A DNA stretch of 64,000 nucleotides from contig OY820579.1 of NCBI GenBank assembly GCA_963681965.1, forward strand, positions 3,680,001 through 3,744,000. The letters are read 5' to 3'. The position numbers were made by a program, and so were the translations under genes. Below are positions 41,223 through 52,763 of this stretch, piece by piece; position 1 is the stretch's first letter; each line of letters opens with the position of its first letter. This DNA is from a bacterium. GTDB lineage: Bacteria; Electryoneota; JAOADG01. The notes beneath the pieces were generated by a model. The model had not been told where the DNA came from. It did no database searches and saw only the letters and a program-made list of their open reading frames with translations.

Positions 41223-43342
41223 CTACTTTAACAGAATGAGCCTCTGCGTCGATTGCATTTTTCCATTCGAAAGCTTTACAAAATACGTCCCGGATGATAA
41301 CTGCTTCCCATCGAAATTGAGTTTGTAATTCCCCGCGTGCCGATATCCTTGATCGAGTGTACTAATCTCCCGACCCTGCAGATCGAAGACGCGGAGATCG
41401 ATGTTTCCGGAAGTGGGAAGTGAGTAAGAAATCGTGGTCGATGAATTGAACGGGTTGGGGTAGTTAGGATGGAGTGAGATGTTCGCGGGGATCATTTCAT
41501 TCTGATTATCTGACACACCGAGTGCTTGCGAGCAGTCGTAGATGCTAAAATTATTCTCGTCGGAAACATATGCGCGATTATTAACCACAGCAACGTTACA
41601 GGCAAGATAAGGAGTATCGTAGAATCCAACCTCTACTGGTGCAGATGGATTGCTAACATTAATCACTCGCAATCCCCCAACCCCATCTGCTACGAACGCG
41701 TAATTACCGGAAACGGTAACGCCTTCACAATTACCGGGAGTGGCATAGAATCCATCAATTTGGGGGTTTGCTGGATTGCTGATATTGATGATGAACATCC
41801 CGGTATCGATACAAGCCACATACGCGTAATTGCCATTTACAGCGACACGATTAGCATATCCGATGAATTCGCAGTATCCAACTTGAACCGGTCTAGTTAC
41901 ATTGCTGATATTGATTATTTTCAATCCCTCACCAGCGACATAAGCGTAATTGCCGGAAACTGCAACATCCAAAGCTTCATAGGCTGTCGTGCAGGTACCG
42001 ATTAATCGCGGACTTGCTGGATTGCTGATATTTAATATTTGAAATCTCTGAGTACCGGCGGCAACATACGCATAATTACCAGAAACAATAACACCATAAA
42101 CGGGTGTTAAATAGAAGCCAACTTCAACCGGTGAAGCTGGATCAGTGATATGAATGATCCGCAATCCCCCGCTGTAAGTTCCGATATATGCGTAATCACC
42201 AGATACTGCGATAGTATAGCCAAACCGGGAGTTGGACAGGTACCAACTGAACTGAGATTTGCCGGATTGCTGATGTTGATGATCCGCAATCCCGCTTGCC
42301 CATCGGCAAGATATCCGTAATTGCCGGAAAAGGTAGCATCATAAGCAGTGCCAATGGCAGCGTGGGATCCGACTAATGAAGGGGTAGTCGGGCTGCTGAT
42401 ATTGATAATTCGTAACCCTCCATCGGCGACATAAGCATAATTGCCGACAACGGTCACACCGATTGCATTACCGGGGGTAGCGCAAAATCCTTCTGATTGG
42501 GGACTGGTTGGATCGCTGATATCGATGATTTGTATTCCATGATTATAATCAGCCACATAAGCGTAATTGCCGGAAACAGCTACACCTATTACATCGCTTT
42601 GGGTGCTATCAAGTCCGATTTCAACCGGTTCGGTTGGATTGCTAAAATCGATGATCCTCAGTCCGTAAGCGTCGTCTGTCACATAGGCATAATTACCGGA
42701 TACGACAACTCGTTCGGCTTCGTCGAAGATCGAACAAATACCGATTGTTCTAGGGCTTGCGGGATTGCTAATGTCGATGATCCACAATCCCGAACAGCAA
42801 TTGGCAACAAAAACTTTGTCACCGGAAACAGTGATACCTAGTCCAGGATCTCGAAAAAAACATGATCCAAAGTATTGGGGAATTTCAGGATCGCTGATAT
42901 CTATTACCAGCAATCCCGCATCTTCTGTAGTTAGGTAGGCATAATTGCCGGAAACTGCGACACTATAGACGTGATAGGGGGGATCATACGATCCAATTTC
43001 AACTGGTGTTGCGGGATTGGTAATATCGATGATCCGCAATCCCCAATATTCATTCGCTAAATAGGCAATATTTCCCGAAACGACCACTCCCATAACGCCG
43101 TAGGAATAGTAAAATCCCATTTCTATCGGAGACACGGGATTGCTGATGTCATAAACCTGTAGTCCTTTTGACAAATCCGCTACATAGGCATAATGTCCTT
43201 GAACCGCTACCGAATATGTATTGGATTGCCAGAAGCGACCAAGGCAACGTACTCCCGAGCTGTCCTGTGCCCAGCTTAGAGGTGTACAAATACAGATCGT
43301 CCACAGCGCAATGAGGAAATAGAGGATGCGTACCGATTTCAT
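41223..43342 (-). pseudogene. Secreted LVIVD-repeat propeller protein with T9SS-type CTD, 1-nt frameshift near 42223
   Basis: V.VSGNYAYVAD...GLRIIDIS repeats continue across ORFs 42107..43390 and 41223..42164; adding one T restores PGFGYTIAVSGDYAYIG. Confidence 0.85.
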
Positions 43343-43525
43343 GACTTGTCCCTTTGACCGTTGAATGATTGGAGATCGAAAAGAAAACAAGATCGTTATT
43401 CAATATCACACCGTTCTCAGGTAAATTGCAAACCAAATTGACCCGGAATGAAGAATTTTCTGGAATCGGAATTCGATTTATTGATAAAGCCCCAAGCACT
43501 AATCACCCATCACCAATTTCCATCA

Positions 43526-45688
43526 CTACTTCACCAGCATCATCTTCCGCACTGTTTGCGACTTCTCATTATGGAGCCTGAGGAAATACGTTCCCGAGCT
43601 CAAATCCTTCCCATCTAAATTGAGCTGGTAATTCCCCGCTCGCCGATATCCTTGATCGAGTGTACTAATTTCCCGACCCTGCAAATCGAACACCTTCAGA
43701 TCGATGTTCCCGGAAGTGGGAAGTGAGTATGAGATCGTGGTCGATGAGTTGAATGGATTCGGGTAGTTGGGATGGATTGAGATGTTCGCAGGGATCATTT
43801 CATTCTGATTATCTGACACACTGAGTGCTTGCGAGCAGTCGTAGATTCCTAAATTGGTTTGGTCTGCGACATAAACGCGATTCCCGATTACATTGGTGCT
43901 GTAACAAGAGCCGGGGGTATTATAGAATCCGACAGGACGAAATTGCGGTAACTCGGAGATGTCGAAGATCCGCAACCCTTGATCAAGTTGGGCGAAATAG
44001 GCGAAATTTCCCACGATTGAAATTTGATTGGCATTATAATAAAATGAGCCAAGCGAAACATTCACTGGATTTGCCGGCACAGTGATGTTGTATAACATCA
44101 CATTAGCATTGGGACCCGATAAGTAGGCGTAATTACCAGAGATTGCAATATCTCCGATGTGAGCAGCGGTATTGATGCTGCTTACCGATCGCGGATTGAT
44201 CGGATTGGTTTTATCAATTATCTGCCACACCGATTGTCCGAATACATTCGGATTGTATTCGATCAAATAGAGATAGTTGCCGTTGAAAGCGATTCCCGAG
44301 GCTTGATAACGGGTAGCAATATGTGCGACTTCCTGAGGATTTGTCCGATCGGTCAGGTCGACAATTTGCAAACCGGAATCGGCTGCTGCAACGTACAGGT
44401 AATTATTCTCGATGGCAGTTTCCGCAATACTGGACGGTGCATGGTAGATACCTACCTGCCGGGGTTGACTGGGATCGATAATATCGATGATATGGACGCT
44501 GGAGTCGCCCGCTACGACATAGGCATAATGCTCGGCAACTGTCAGGCGATATGAGGCGGCTCGCATCGAATAAAATCCGACCACCTGCGGAACGCTGACA
44601 TTGGCGATGTCAGTAATCACGAGACCAATTCCAAAACCAGCGGTATAAGCATAATTTCCCACTACCGCGACATCGTTGAAAAATCCAGGAGCCTGATAAG
44701 AACCGATCACGGTAGGAGTATTCTCACCGTTTAAATCGATGATCCGCAAACCATAGCTGCTATTTGCGATGTATGCATAATTTCCTGCCACAGTGACATC
44801 GTAAACATAATCGCCTAATTGGATATCGGTTGTTAACTGCGGCGCTAGAATATTGCTAATATCCACGATCGAGCAACTGCCATCAATCCCTTGATATGTC
44901 ACTAAAGCACGATTACCGTAAAGTGCGATGCGATTCGAAGAATGAGTGATTGGGCAGGAGCTTACCAGTTGTGGACTCTCACTATTGCTGATATTAACAA
45001 TTCGAAGACCGTAGTTATTCTCTACGAGATAGGCATAGTTACCGGCGATTGCTACATCGGAGAAATATTGATTATTCGCTGGATAGACGCCAAGCGGGAA
45101 AGGGGTCGCCGTATTGCTGATGTTCAATATCCGCAATCCGCGTGTACCGACTACATAAGCAAAATTCCCATCGACCGCTACCCCAAACACATATCCCGGA
45201 AACACATAAAATCCAGCTTCGTACAAACTGTCGGCACGTGTGATGTCAAAGATCCGTAATCCGGAAAATCCATCAGCGATATAGAGAAAATTTCCGGAAA
45301 CCGTCATTTTTTCCGGCGGCGATGGGAGAAGGTAATTACCGAGCGAACGTGGTGTCCGGGTATTGGCGATATCGAAGACCGTCAAACCGGAATCGTGACC
45401 CACAAAGGCATACCGACTGGATACTGCGATACATCGTGCTGTCCCGGAAGTAGCAGAGAAACTGACGTGTTGCGGGTTGGTCGGATGACTGACATTCAGG
45501 ATGTGAAGACCGGTGGAGAGATCGGCGATATAGGCAAAGGAATCGCGCACTACGACAGCGTGAGCTTGTTGACGCCAAAGCCGACCGAGATTTCGGATAT
45601 TCAAACTGTCCTGCGCCATGCTAAAAGTCGGGGAAAAGACGATTATACTGATCGTGGTAAGAATAATGAAGCTGCGTATCGGTTTCAT
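43526..45688 (-). CDS. Secreted LVIVD-repeat propeller protein with T9SS-type CTD
   Basis: GAGGA RBS, signal peptide, GN(Y/F)AY..GL.I.DI repeats, YPNPFN...RKMMLVK. Confidence 0.9.
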   Translation of the reverse strand: MKPIRSFIILTTISIIVFSPTFSMAQDSLNIRNLGRLWRQQAHAVVVRDSFAYIADLSTGLHILNVSHPTNPQHVSFSATSGTARCIAVSSRYAFVGHDSGLTVFDIANTRTPRSLGNYLLPSPPEKMTVSGNFLYIADGFSGLRIFDITRADSLYEAGFYVFPGYVFGVAVDGNFAYVVGTRGLRILNISNTATPFPLGVYPANNQYFSDVAIAGNYAYLVENNYGLRIVNISNSESPQLVSSCPITHSSNRIALYGNRALVTYQGIDGSCSIVDISNILAPQLTTDIQLGDYVYDVTVAGNYAYIANSSYGLRIIDLNGENTPTVIGSYQAPGFFNDVAVVGNYAYTAGFGIGLVITDIANVSVPQVVGFYSMRAASYRLTVAEHYAYVVAGDSSVHIIDIIDPSQPRQVGIYHAPSSIAETAIENNYLYVAAADSGLQIVDLTDRTNPQEVAHIATRYQASGIAFNGNYLYLIEYNPNVFGQSVWQIIDKTNPINPRSVSSINTAAHIGDIAISGNYAYLSGPNANVMLYNITVPANPVNVSLGSFYYNANQISIVGNFAYFAQLDQGLRIFDISELPQFRPVGFYNTPGSCYSTNVIGNRVYVADQTNLGIYDCSQALSVSDNQNEMIPANISIHPNYPNPFNSSTTISYSLPTSGNIDLKVFDLQGREISTLDQGYRRAGNYQLNLDGKDLSSGTYFLRLHNEKSQTVRKMMLVK

Positions 45689-45747
45689 AACTTGTCCTCA
45701 GTTCAATGGTGGAAGTTCGGATCGACAAGAAAGCAAGATCGCATAGT

Positions 45748-45776
45748 AATATGCGCCTAGAGATAGATTATTGCAA
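45748..45776 (-). promoter_or_regulatory. Candidate sigma70-type promoter
   Basis: TTGCAA-17nt-CATATT upstream of 45688. Confidence 0.4.
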
Positions 45777-45847
45777 GCGAAAAATTATCTTTATTGAAAT
45801 TTCTGAAAGTGCTCTCCACTATTTCCCGTTAGAGTTTTGGAAAGTAA

Positions 45848-48091
45848 TTATTTTAGCACGATCATTTTCTTGGTCACAGTCGTTTGTCCCTCCGACAATC
45901 GGATGAAGTAGTTGCCGGAGCTAAGCGCTTTGCTGTCGAAATTGAGTTTGTAATTTCCGGCGCGCCGATATCCTTGATCGAGTGTACTAATTTCCCGACC
46001 CTGCAAATCGAACACCTTCAGATCGATGTTCCCGGAAGTGGGAAGTGAGTATGAGATCGTCGTCGAGGAGTTGAATGGATTGGGGTAGTTGGGGTGCAAC
46101 GAGAATAAGCTCGGAACACTGATCTGGCGTGGTTCTTCAACCCAGGTTTGTCCGCCGGAGGAGGTATGCAGGATGGTTCCATATTGCCCGATAATCCAAC
46201 CATTCAATGAATCGCAGAAGTCAACTTTATATAATGATAAATTAGTACCACTCTGGTCACTGCTCCACGAATTTCCTCCATCTGTGGTTTTAAAAATCGA
46301 TCCGGAATTCCCCACTGCCCAACCGTGGTTGACATCGGGAAAACACAAGTCAAGAATATCGCATCCACCACGATTGAAAACAACCGTCCAGTTAATACCG
46401 CCGTTGGTCGTTCTGAGAATGCAGGAATTTACAGAGGAGGAGGAGAAAAGTCCGCCGCCTGCGAAGCCAAGAACGCGATTCAAAAATCGTACACAGGTTA
46501 ATTGTGGCGCATCGGGAGTGGTTTGGTTATTCCAGCTTACACCTCCGTCAGTGGTGTGGATAATTACCCCCGAACAACCGACACACCACCCATTCCAACG
46601 ATCGACAAAATCGATGCAATGACCGAAATGAGGAGAGACGTTAATTAACTGGCGGATCCATTCGGCACCACCGTTCGTCGTTCGCAACAGAACCCCTTGA
46701 TAGGGCTGGTTGAAATCGTTTCCGGCAATCCAACCATATTGCGACCCGACAAAACTGACACCGGTAAATAAAGAATAGACATTCGACGGGGAAGAGACGG
46801 TATCGGTATATCGAAGCTCCCAGCTCAATCCACCATCGCCTGTCCGATAAATTTCACTCGGATCGAGCGTATAAAAAAGATTACTTCCCACTGCCCAACC
46901 ATTATTTTCATCGATAAACGCTACATCGGCAATCTGTTTGGGAGCGGTATACGTCCGGTGAGTCCAGTTTTGACCGCGATCTGTGGTGAGATATCCGTGA
47001 AGCAAAAACCTGCTTAAACTGAAAGACTCTGAACCATAAATCATACAGGTACTGGGATTAAAAACAAAAATGGCATTGTTATAGGTCTGGTACCTCGAAC
47101 TAGCATATTGCCAATGTACTCCGCCATCGGTAGTGAAATAGGATAAACTGTTGTTGCCGATTGCAATCCCGTTAATGGAATCGGCAAATTCGATGTCGTT
47201 TATCGCAACAGATGTCGGTATTTGTTGGGTGGACCAAGTGGCGCCACCATTAGAAGTATGCCGGACTCGTCCCGATTGATTGAACAACCACGCGTGATTG
47301 TGACCGATGAATTCGGAACCTTGATACCCTCCCACAACTGTATCGGCACTGCAATAGACCCACATCTGCCCCCAATTGTCCGTTTGCCAGATCTCGGAAA
47401 TGCCATTACCATTCCGATACGTCCACGCAAACGTCGAATCGACTGCCTGCATTCCGAGAAAGGGATTGCCACTTCGCCAAAGATTTCGTCCCCAATGCAA
47501 TCCCCCATCGGTCGTATATCGGGTTACTGTTTGCGAATTATTGGTGCCAAAAATCCAACCGTAATTGTTATCGAAGAATTTTACGGTCGTGAACTGGTCG
47601 GTATTCGTACTGAAACAAGTATCCCAGTTGATACCGCCGTTAGTTGTTTTCAGTAAGCGATACGTGTTCGTTGTATTCGCATAATCGATCAACCAACCGT
47701 GCATCGTATCGCTAAACGATAGCGATAAAAGCTGGGTTCCAAACAGTGGCGTGATATTGCTCCAATGGGAACCATTGTCTCGGGAAAGTAATAAGCGATT
47801 GGGAATATCTCGACTGACGATCCAGAGTTTATTACTCACGGCTTCGATCTGCGAAAAATCGAGTGAATCGTACGGCGTAGGTTGCTTCTGCCAACTCACT
47901 CCTTGAACGGTCGATCGCAGTAATGTGCCTGATCGACCGATTGCCCAAGCTTTCGATAAATCGACACACTTTATCGCCGATAAATCGTAATCGGAAAGCG
48001 CTGGATCTTGCATGATCCAAGTATTGGCATGCAGAAGTAATGGGAATGCGAATAGGATAAAAATGACCGGAACGAACACATTGCGCGCCAT
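45848..48091 (-). CDS. Secreted YCF48/BNR-repeat protein with T9SS-type CTD
   Basis: GGAGG RBS, MARNV signal peptide, TT(D/N)GG..W repeats, CTD. Confidence 0.9.
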   Translation of the reverse strand: MARNVFVPVIFILFAFPLLLHANTWIMQDPALSDYDLSAIKCVDLSKAWAIGRSGTLLRSTVQGVSWQKQPTPYDSLDFSQIEAVSNKLWIVSRDIPNRLLLSRDNGSHWSNITPLFGTQLLSLSFSDTMHGWLIDYANTTNTYRLLKTTNGGINWDTCFSTNTDQFTTVKFFDNNYGWIFGTNNSQTVTRYTTDGGLHWGRNLWRSGNPFLGMQAVDSTFAWTYRNGNGISEIWQTDNWGQMWVYCSADTVVGGYQGSEFIGHNHAWLFNQSGRVRHTSNGGATWSTQQIPTSVAINDIEFADSINGIAIGNNSLSYFTTDGGVHWQYASSRYQTYNNAIFVFNPSTCMIYGSESFSLSRFLLHGYLTTDRGQNWTHRTYTAPKQIADVAFIDENNGWAVGSNLFYTLDPSEIYRTGDGGLSWELRYTDTVSSPSNVYSLFTGVSFVGSQYGWIAGNDFNQPYQGVLLRTTNGGAEWIRQLINVSPHFGHCIDFVDRWNGWCVGCSGVIIHTTDGGVSWNNQTTPDAPQLTCVRFLNRVLGFAGGGLFSSSSVNSCILRTTNGGINWTVVFNRGGCDILDLCFPDVNHGWAVGNSGSIFKTTDGGNSWSSDQSGTNLSLYKVDFCDSLNGWIIGQYGTILHTSSGGQTWVEEPRQISVPSLFSLHPNYPNPFNSSTTISYSLPTSGNIDLKVFDLQGREISTLDQGYRRAGNYKLNFDSKALSSGNYFIRLSEGQTTVTKKMIVLK

Positions 48092-48263
48092 ATCGCCTCC
48101 AAGCAATGGCAGGAGAGAACAACTGGAATAATATGCTAATTTACATACATTACTTATTAGTGAATCTTAATGCAATAACATGTAGCAACAACTAAATATC
48201 GATCAAGATACTGGTAAGGTCGATCTCACGATCGATGTATATATTTCATCAAGACCGTGATGA

Positions 48264-50417
48264 CTATTTCAAAATTGTGATCTTCGTCATTCGACTGTTC
48301 GCATCATTCTTCAGTCGCACAAAATACGTCCCGGACGACAACCGCTTCCCATCGAAATTCAACTTGTAATTCCCCGCGCGCCGATATCCTTGATCGAGTG
48401 TACTAATTTCCCGACCCTGCAGATCGAAGACACGAAGGTCGATGTTCCCGGATGTGGGAAGTGAGTATGAAATCGTAGTCGATGAATTGAACGGGTTCGG
48501 GTAGTTCGCGTGCAATGTGAAGGCAGTGGGAAGAACCGATTGTCGCTCCTCGACGCCAGCAGCATAGTTATAATAGTGTACGATGATACCACCGTCGCCG
48601 ACTGCCCACCCGCTATTATTACTCACGAACGTGAGACTATATAATTCCCAATCGGTTCCAGCATTTTGCGTTGCCCAGGTATTGCCATTGTTCGTCGTGT
48701 ATTGCAATAAATCCGAACCGATCATTCTTCCGATAATCCAACCGTGGGTTGAATCGGAGAAGGAGATCCCGTTGGGATTATTCATACCGCATCGCGAAAA
48801 ATTCCAATTTCGCCCGCCATCGGATGTGTGAACGACTGTGTAATTATCACCGACTGCCCAGGCATTGTTTCGATCGATAAACACCAAATCGCTTAAATAG
48901 TTGCCGTTCGCTGTTACCGCCGGAGACCAGGTATTTCCACCATTGGTAGTATGAAGAATTGCACCGCCATCGCCGACAATCCAGCCATTGTTCAGATCGG
49001 TAAATTTAATATGCGACGGCGTATTGACTGGTGACAATTCCGCTTGGCGAGTCCAGGATGCACCACCATTGGTCGTATGTAACACGAATCCGTAATACGC
49101 TGGACTGACAAAATCGCGACCGGCAATCCAGCCATTGTTCGGATCGACAAACGACACACTAGACAATCTATAATTCGTCGAGAGTGTTTGATTCGTCCAA
49201 CTGGTACCACCATTGATTGTATGACAAATGATTCCTTGAAAACCTACGACCCAGCCATTCAAAGAATCGAGAAATTCGATATCGCAAAGCAATGCAGTAG
49301 TTCCACTCGACTGCGAGGTCCAAGTAGAACCGTTGGCAGTATTCAGAATCGTGCCGTTATAACCAACCGTCCAGCCGCGATGATCATTGATGAAGAATAC
49401 GTCCAGTAACGAATTTGTCGTCACGGCATTTCTTGCATGCATAATCCAATTCCATCCACCATCGGTCGTGCGGAGGATGCCGTGCTCACTGCTGATAAAA
49501 CCGGTATTGGCGTCTGTGAAAGATATTCCGGTGGGATAGTTGAAAATACCACTCGTCTGGAGCGTCCAGTTAGTACCGCCATCCATAGTGCAAAGGATCG
49601 TTTCACCATTCACCGAATTATTTCCCACTACCCAACCGGTGTCAGCATTGATAAACGAAACCCCATAAAAAATTGTCGAATACCCCGATACTTGCGAAAC
49701 CCAAGTTCTTCCGCCATCATCGGTCCGGAAGATCGCTCCGTAACTCCCTACTGCCCAACCAGTATTGGCATTAATAAATGTGACGTCTTTAAAATATCCG
49801 CAAGCGCCACAAGCCAATCGATCCCAATTTTCTCCTCTGTCAGTGGTGTGCAATACAATGCCGGATGTTCCAACTGCCCAGATAGAGTTACCACTGATCA
49901 GTGAAATCGCATACAAATCATAGGAAGTACCGCTTACTTGGGTAACCCAGGTTTCTCCACAATCGGTGGTATGAAGGATTTTACCGGAATCACCTACTAT
50001 CCATCCGTTGTTTGAATCGGAAAATGCCACCCCGTGTAATTTGAGTCGTGTGCCACTTATTTGCCGGGTCCAAACCACACCGGAATTCTCGGTGTGGAGA
50101 ATAGTGCCGGAATCGCCGACAATCCAACCGCGATTCAAGTCGAGAAAGGTAACTTGTTGTAGATGAATTCCCAGTCCACTATACTGGGTAATCCAAGTTT
50201 CGCCGCTGTTTGTTGTTCGGAGGATTGAGCCCAGTTGACCGACTACCCACCCCGTATTCGAATCAACAAATTTCATCCCGTAAAATGATTGTCGTGATGG
50301 AGATGGATTTTGGATCTCCCAGTCGATTGCAAATGCAAAGAGCGCCGGACCGAAGATTAAAATGACTATCGACAATAACCGATAGATACCGCTGGACTTG
50401 ATTTGATCGGATTTCAT
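48264..50417 (-). CDS. Secreted YCF48/BNR-repeat protein with T9SS-type CTD
   Basis: AGGAG RBS, GWIVGDSG.ILHT repeats, CTD. Confidence 0.9.
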   Translation of the reverse strand: MKSDQIKSSGIYRLLSIVILIFGPALFAFAIDWEIQNPSPSRQSFYGMKFVDSNTGWVVGQLGSILRTTNSGETWITQYSGLGIHLQQVTFLDLNRGWIVGDSGTILHTENSGVVWTRQISGTRLKLHGVAFSDSNNGWIVGDSGKILHTTDCGETWVTQVSGTSYDLYAISLISGNSIWAVGTSGIVLHTTDRGENWDRLACGACGYFKDVTFINANTGWAVGSYGAIFRTDDGGRTWVSQVSGYSTIFYGVSFINADTGWVVGNNSVNGETILCTMDGGTNWTLQTSGIFNYPTGISFTDANTGFISSEHGILRTTDGGWNWIMHARNAVTTNSLLDVFFINDHRGWTVGYNGTILNTANGSTWTSQSSGTTALLCDIEFLDSLNGWVVGFQGIICHTINGGTSWTNQTLSTNYRLSSVSFVDPNNGWIAGRDFVSPAYYGFVLHTTNGGASWTRQAELSPVNTPSHIKFTDLNNGWIVGDGGAILHTTNGGNTWSPAVTANGNYLSDLVFIDRNNAWAVGDNYTVVHTSDGGRNWNFSRCGMNNPNGISFSDSTHGWIIGRMIGSDLLQYTTNNGNTWATQNAGTDWELYSLTFVSNNSGWAVGDGGIIVHYYNYAAGVEERQSVLPTAFTLHANYPNPFNSSTTISYSLPTSGNIDLRVFDLQGREISTLDQGYRRAGNYKLNFDGKRLSSGTYFVRLKNDANSRMTKITILK

Positions 50418-50503
50418 AGCTGCTCCTGTGAGAATAAATCAAATTCGATGAACTTCCTTAAATAAGCCGAACGATTGATAGATACCGATGAATTTCCGGT
50501 CAC

Positions 50504-52669
50504 CTATTTCATTAAAATCATTTTTCGAGTTGTTTGCTGTTGATCATTCATGAGCCGAACAAAGTACGTTCCCGATGACAACTGCTTGCCATCGAAGTTG
50601 AGCTGGTAATTTCCGGCGCGTCGATATCCTTGATCGAGTGTACTAATTTCGCGTCCCTGCATATCGAACACTTTTAGATCGATGTTCCCGGATGTGGGAA
50701 GTGAATATGAGATCGTCGTCGACGAGTTGAATGGATTCGGGTAGTTCGGGAAAAGCGTTGGACAAGCTGGAATTGTCGGTGAATGCGGTTCTTCAATCCA
50801 AGCTTGACCGCCATTGGAAGTATGAAGAATGACACCTGAGTGACCAACGATCCAGCCATGATCGATGTCGGTAAATTTAACACAGTCATAGTACATATTG
50901 TTCAGGTAACTCTCATCGATCCAACTGTTACCACCATCGGTCGTGTGGAGAATACAGCCATTCCAGCCCACTGCCCAACCGTGATCGCGATCGATAAAAT
51001 CGATTGAAGTAAGACTTCGGTAGGTTAGAGTATCGCGTTGTATCGTCCAGTTATTTCCACCATCGGTTGTATGCAGGATCTTTTCATAACCACTCACACA
51101 CCAACCGTATAATGAATCGACAAACGATACATCGGAGATAGAGCCGGTGACTGGACTGTTTTGTCGAGACCAGGATTGACCACCATCGCCGGTATGGAAG
51201 ATGAAACCTCGACCACCAACTACCCAGCAGTGATTCCCGACAATATCCAGATTCAGGAGATAATCAGTTGCCTCCGTGAATCGATGGAAATTCCAATCAA
51301 TGCCTCCGTTCGTTGTGTGGTAGATCGAGTACCAATTCAGAATCCACCCATCGGATGCCGAAGTAAATTTTACTTTCTTAGGGATATCTCGCAGTGAATC
51401 ACGATTGATACTCATCCAATTAGAACCTCCATCCGTAGAATAGTGGACCAGAGGATAGATATTGTAATATCCTCGGGGATCGTACGGTACATGGAGTTCA
51501 CCTGCTGCCCATATTCGATTGGAATCGATGCAATCGATGGAGGTTAACAAGATGGAGGAAGTGTATGAAGCCGCAGTCGACCAATGCGATCCGTCGGTAG
51601 TATGGTAAATCATTCCATCTCCGGCTGCCCAGCCATTGGTCCGATTGACAAAGTCCACAGATTGAAACGTCGGAAAATCACCAGTGATCAGATTACTCCA
51701 GGTAACGCCCCGATCAGTTGTCCTCAATAACGCGCCGTTGCAGGCAATCCAGCCATTATTCGAGTTCGTAAAGATGATCGAATTCATCCCGTAGGGTGTT
51801 GAAGGGTATTGCTCCCACGTTGCGCCACCGTCGTTGGTATAAATCAAGAATGACCGGTATCCGCACGCCCAGCCATGGAGTGAATCGGTAAAAGTCACAG
51901 ATGATAAAGCGTCAGTAATGGTGGCGGGCACTGTTTGCGCAATCCAAGTCGCGCCGCTATTGGTGGTATGAAACACCGGACCGGCATTTCCGACTGCCCA
52001 ACCGAGACGCGAGTTGACAAAAGAAATTGCATTCATGCTCACATTACTAATCTGAACGTCCCAGTTCAAACCGCCATTGGTCGTGTGCAAGATCGAATAT
52101 CCGGCTGCCCAGCCATTGAGTGAGTCGGTAAATGTTACTTGTTTTAGTCCACTATACTCTTGCTGAGCGCGTTCGCTCCAGGTCTGACCGCCGTTGCTGG
52201 AATAGAGGATCGTGTTTACACCTTGTCGATTTCGATTAATCGCATATCCAATGACAAGTCCTCGATTGGAATCGAAGAAATGAACATCTCGAAAGTGATA
52301 TTCCGAAATAGCGGAATTCGAATGGATGACCTGATTCGTCCAATGATCACCACCGTCAGTCGTCTGCAAAATGACGCTGTCTCCGACCATCCACCCATTG
52401 TTGGAATCAAGGAAATAACAACCGTTGATGTGAATTTGAGCATGACAATTCTGGATATCCCAGGACTGTCCGGCATTGGTCGTATGAATGATGGCTCCAT
52501 CATAACCACAAACCCATCCGATCGTGTCATTCACGAACTGAATCGACCGGTAATCGTAGGGGTACATTGTTGGCGATTGCTGTTCCCAATCTACAGCGAA
52601 TAAGCTGAATGGATGAATGATGATCACCAAAATAACAGACAGGATAAGTAAGCAAGATCTGGTGCTCAT
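50504..52669 (-). CDS. Secreted YCF48/BNR-repeat protein with T9SS-type CTD
   Basis: GGAG RBS before MSTR, HTT(D/N)GG..W repeats, CTD. Confidence 0.9.
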   Translation of the reverse strand: MSTRSCLLILSVILVIIIHPFSLFAVDWEQQSPTMYPYDYRSIQFVNDTIGWVCGYDGAIIHTTNAGQSWDIQNCHAQIHINGCYFLDSNNGWMVGDSVILQTTDGGDHWTNQVIHSNSAISEYHFRDVHFFDSNRGLVIGYAINRNRQGVNTILYSSNGGQTWSERAQQEYSGLKQVTFTDSLNGWAAGYSILHTTNGGLNWDVQISNVSMNAISFVNSRLGWAVGNAGPVFHTTNSGATWIAQTVPATITDALSSVTFTDSLHGWACGYRSFLIYTNDGGATWEQYPSTPYGMNSIIFTNSNNGWIACNGALLRTTDRGVTWSNLITGDFPTFQSVDFVNRTNGWAAGDGMIYHTTDGSHWSTAASYTSSILLTSIDCIDSNRIWAAGELHVPYDPRGYYNIYPLVHYSTDGGSNWMSINRDSLRDIPKKVKFTSASDGWILNWYSIYHTTNGGIDWNFHRFTEATDYLLNLDIVGNHCWVVGGRGFIFHTGDGGQSWSRQNSPVTGSISDVSFVDSLYGWCVSGYEKILHTTDGGNNWTIQRDTLTYRSLTSIDFIDRDHGWAVGWNGCILHTTDGGNSWIDESYLNNMYYDCVKFTDIDHGWIVGHSGVILHTSNGGQAWIEEPHSPTIPACPTLFPNYPNPFNSSTTISYSLPTSGNIDLKVFDMQGREISTLDQGYRRAGNYQLNFDGKQLSSGTYFVRLMNDQQQTTRKMILMK

Positions 52670-52763
52670 TGTAGCTCCGCTAAGTATCGATTGAATTGTA
52701 CATGGTGACGAATTTTTATTCAATGAATGCTCTACACTTGGTATAATTCGCAATAACAGTACA

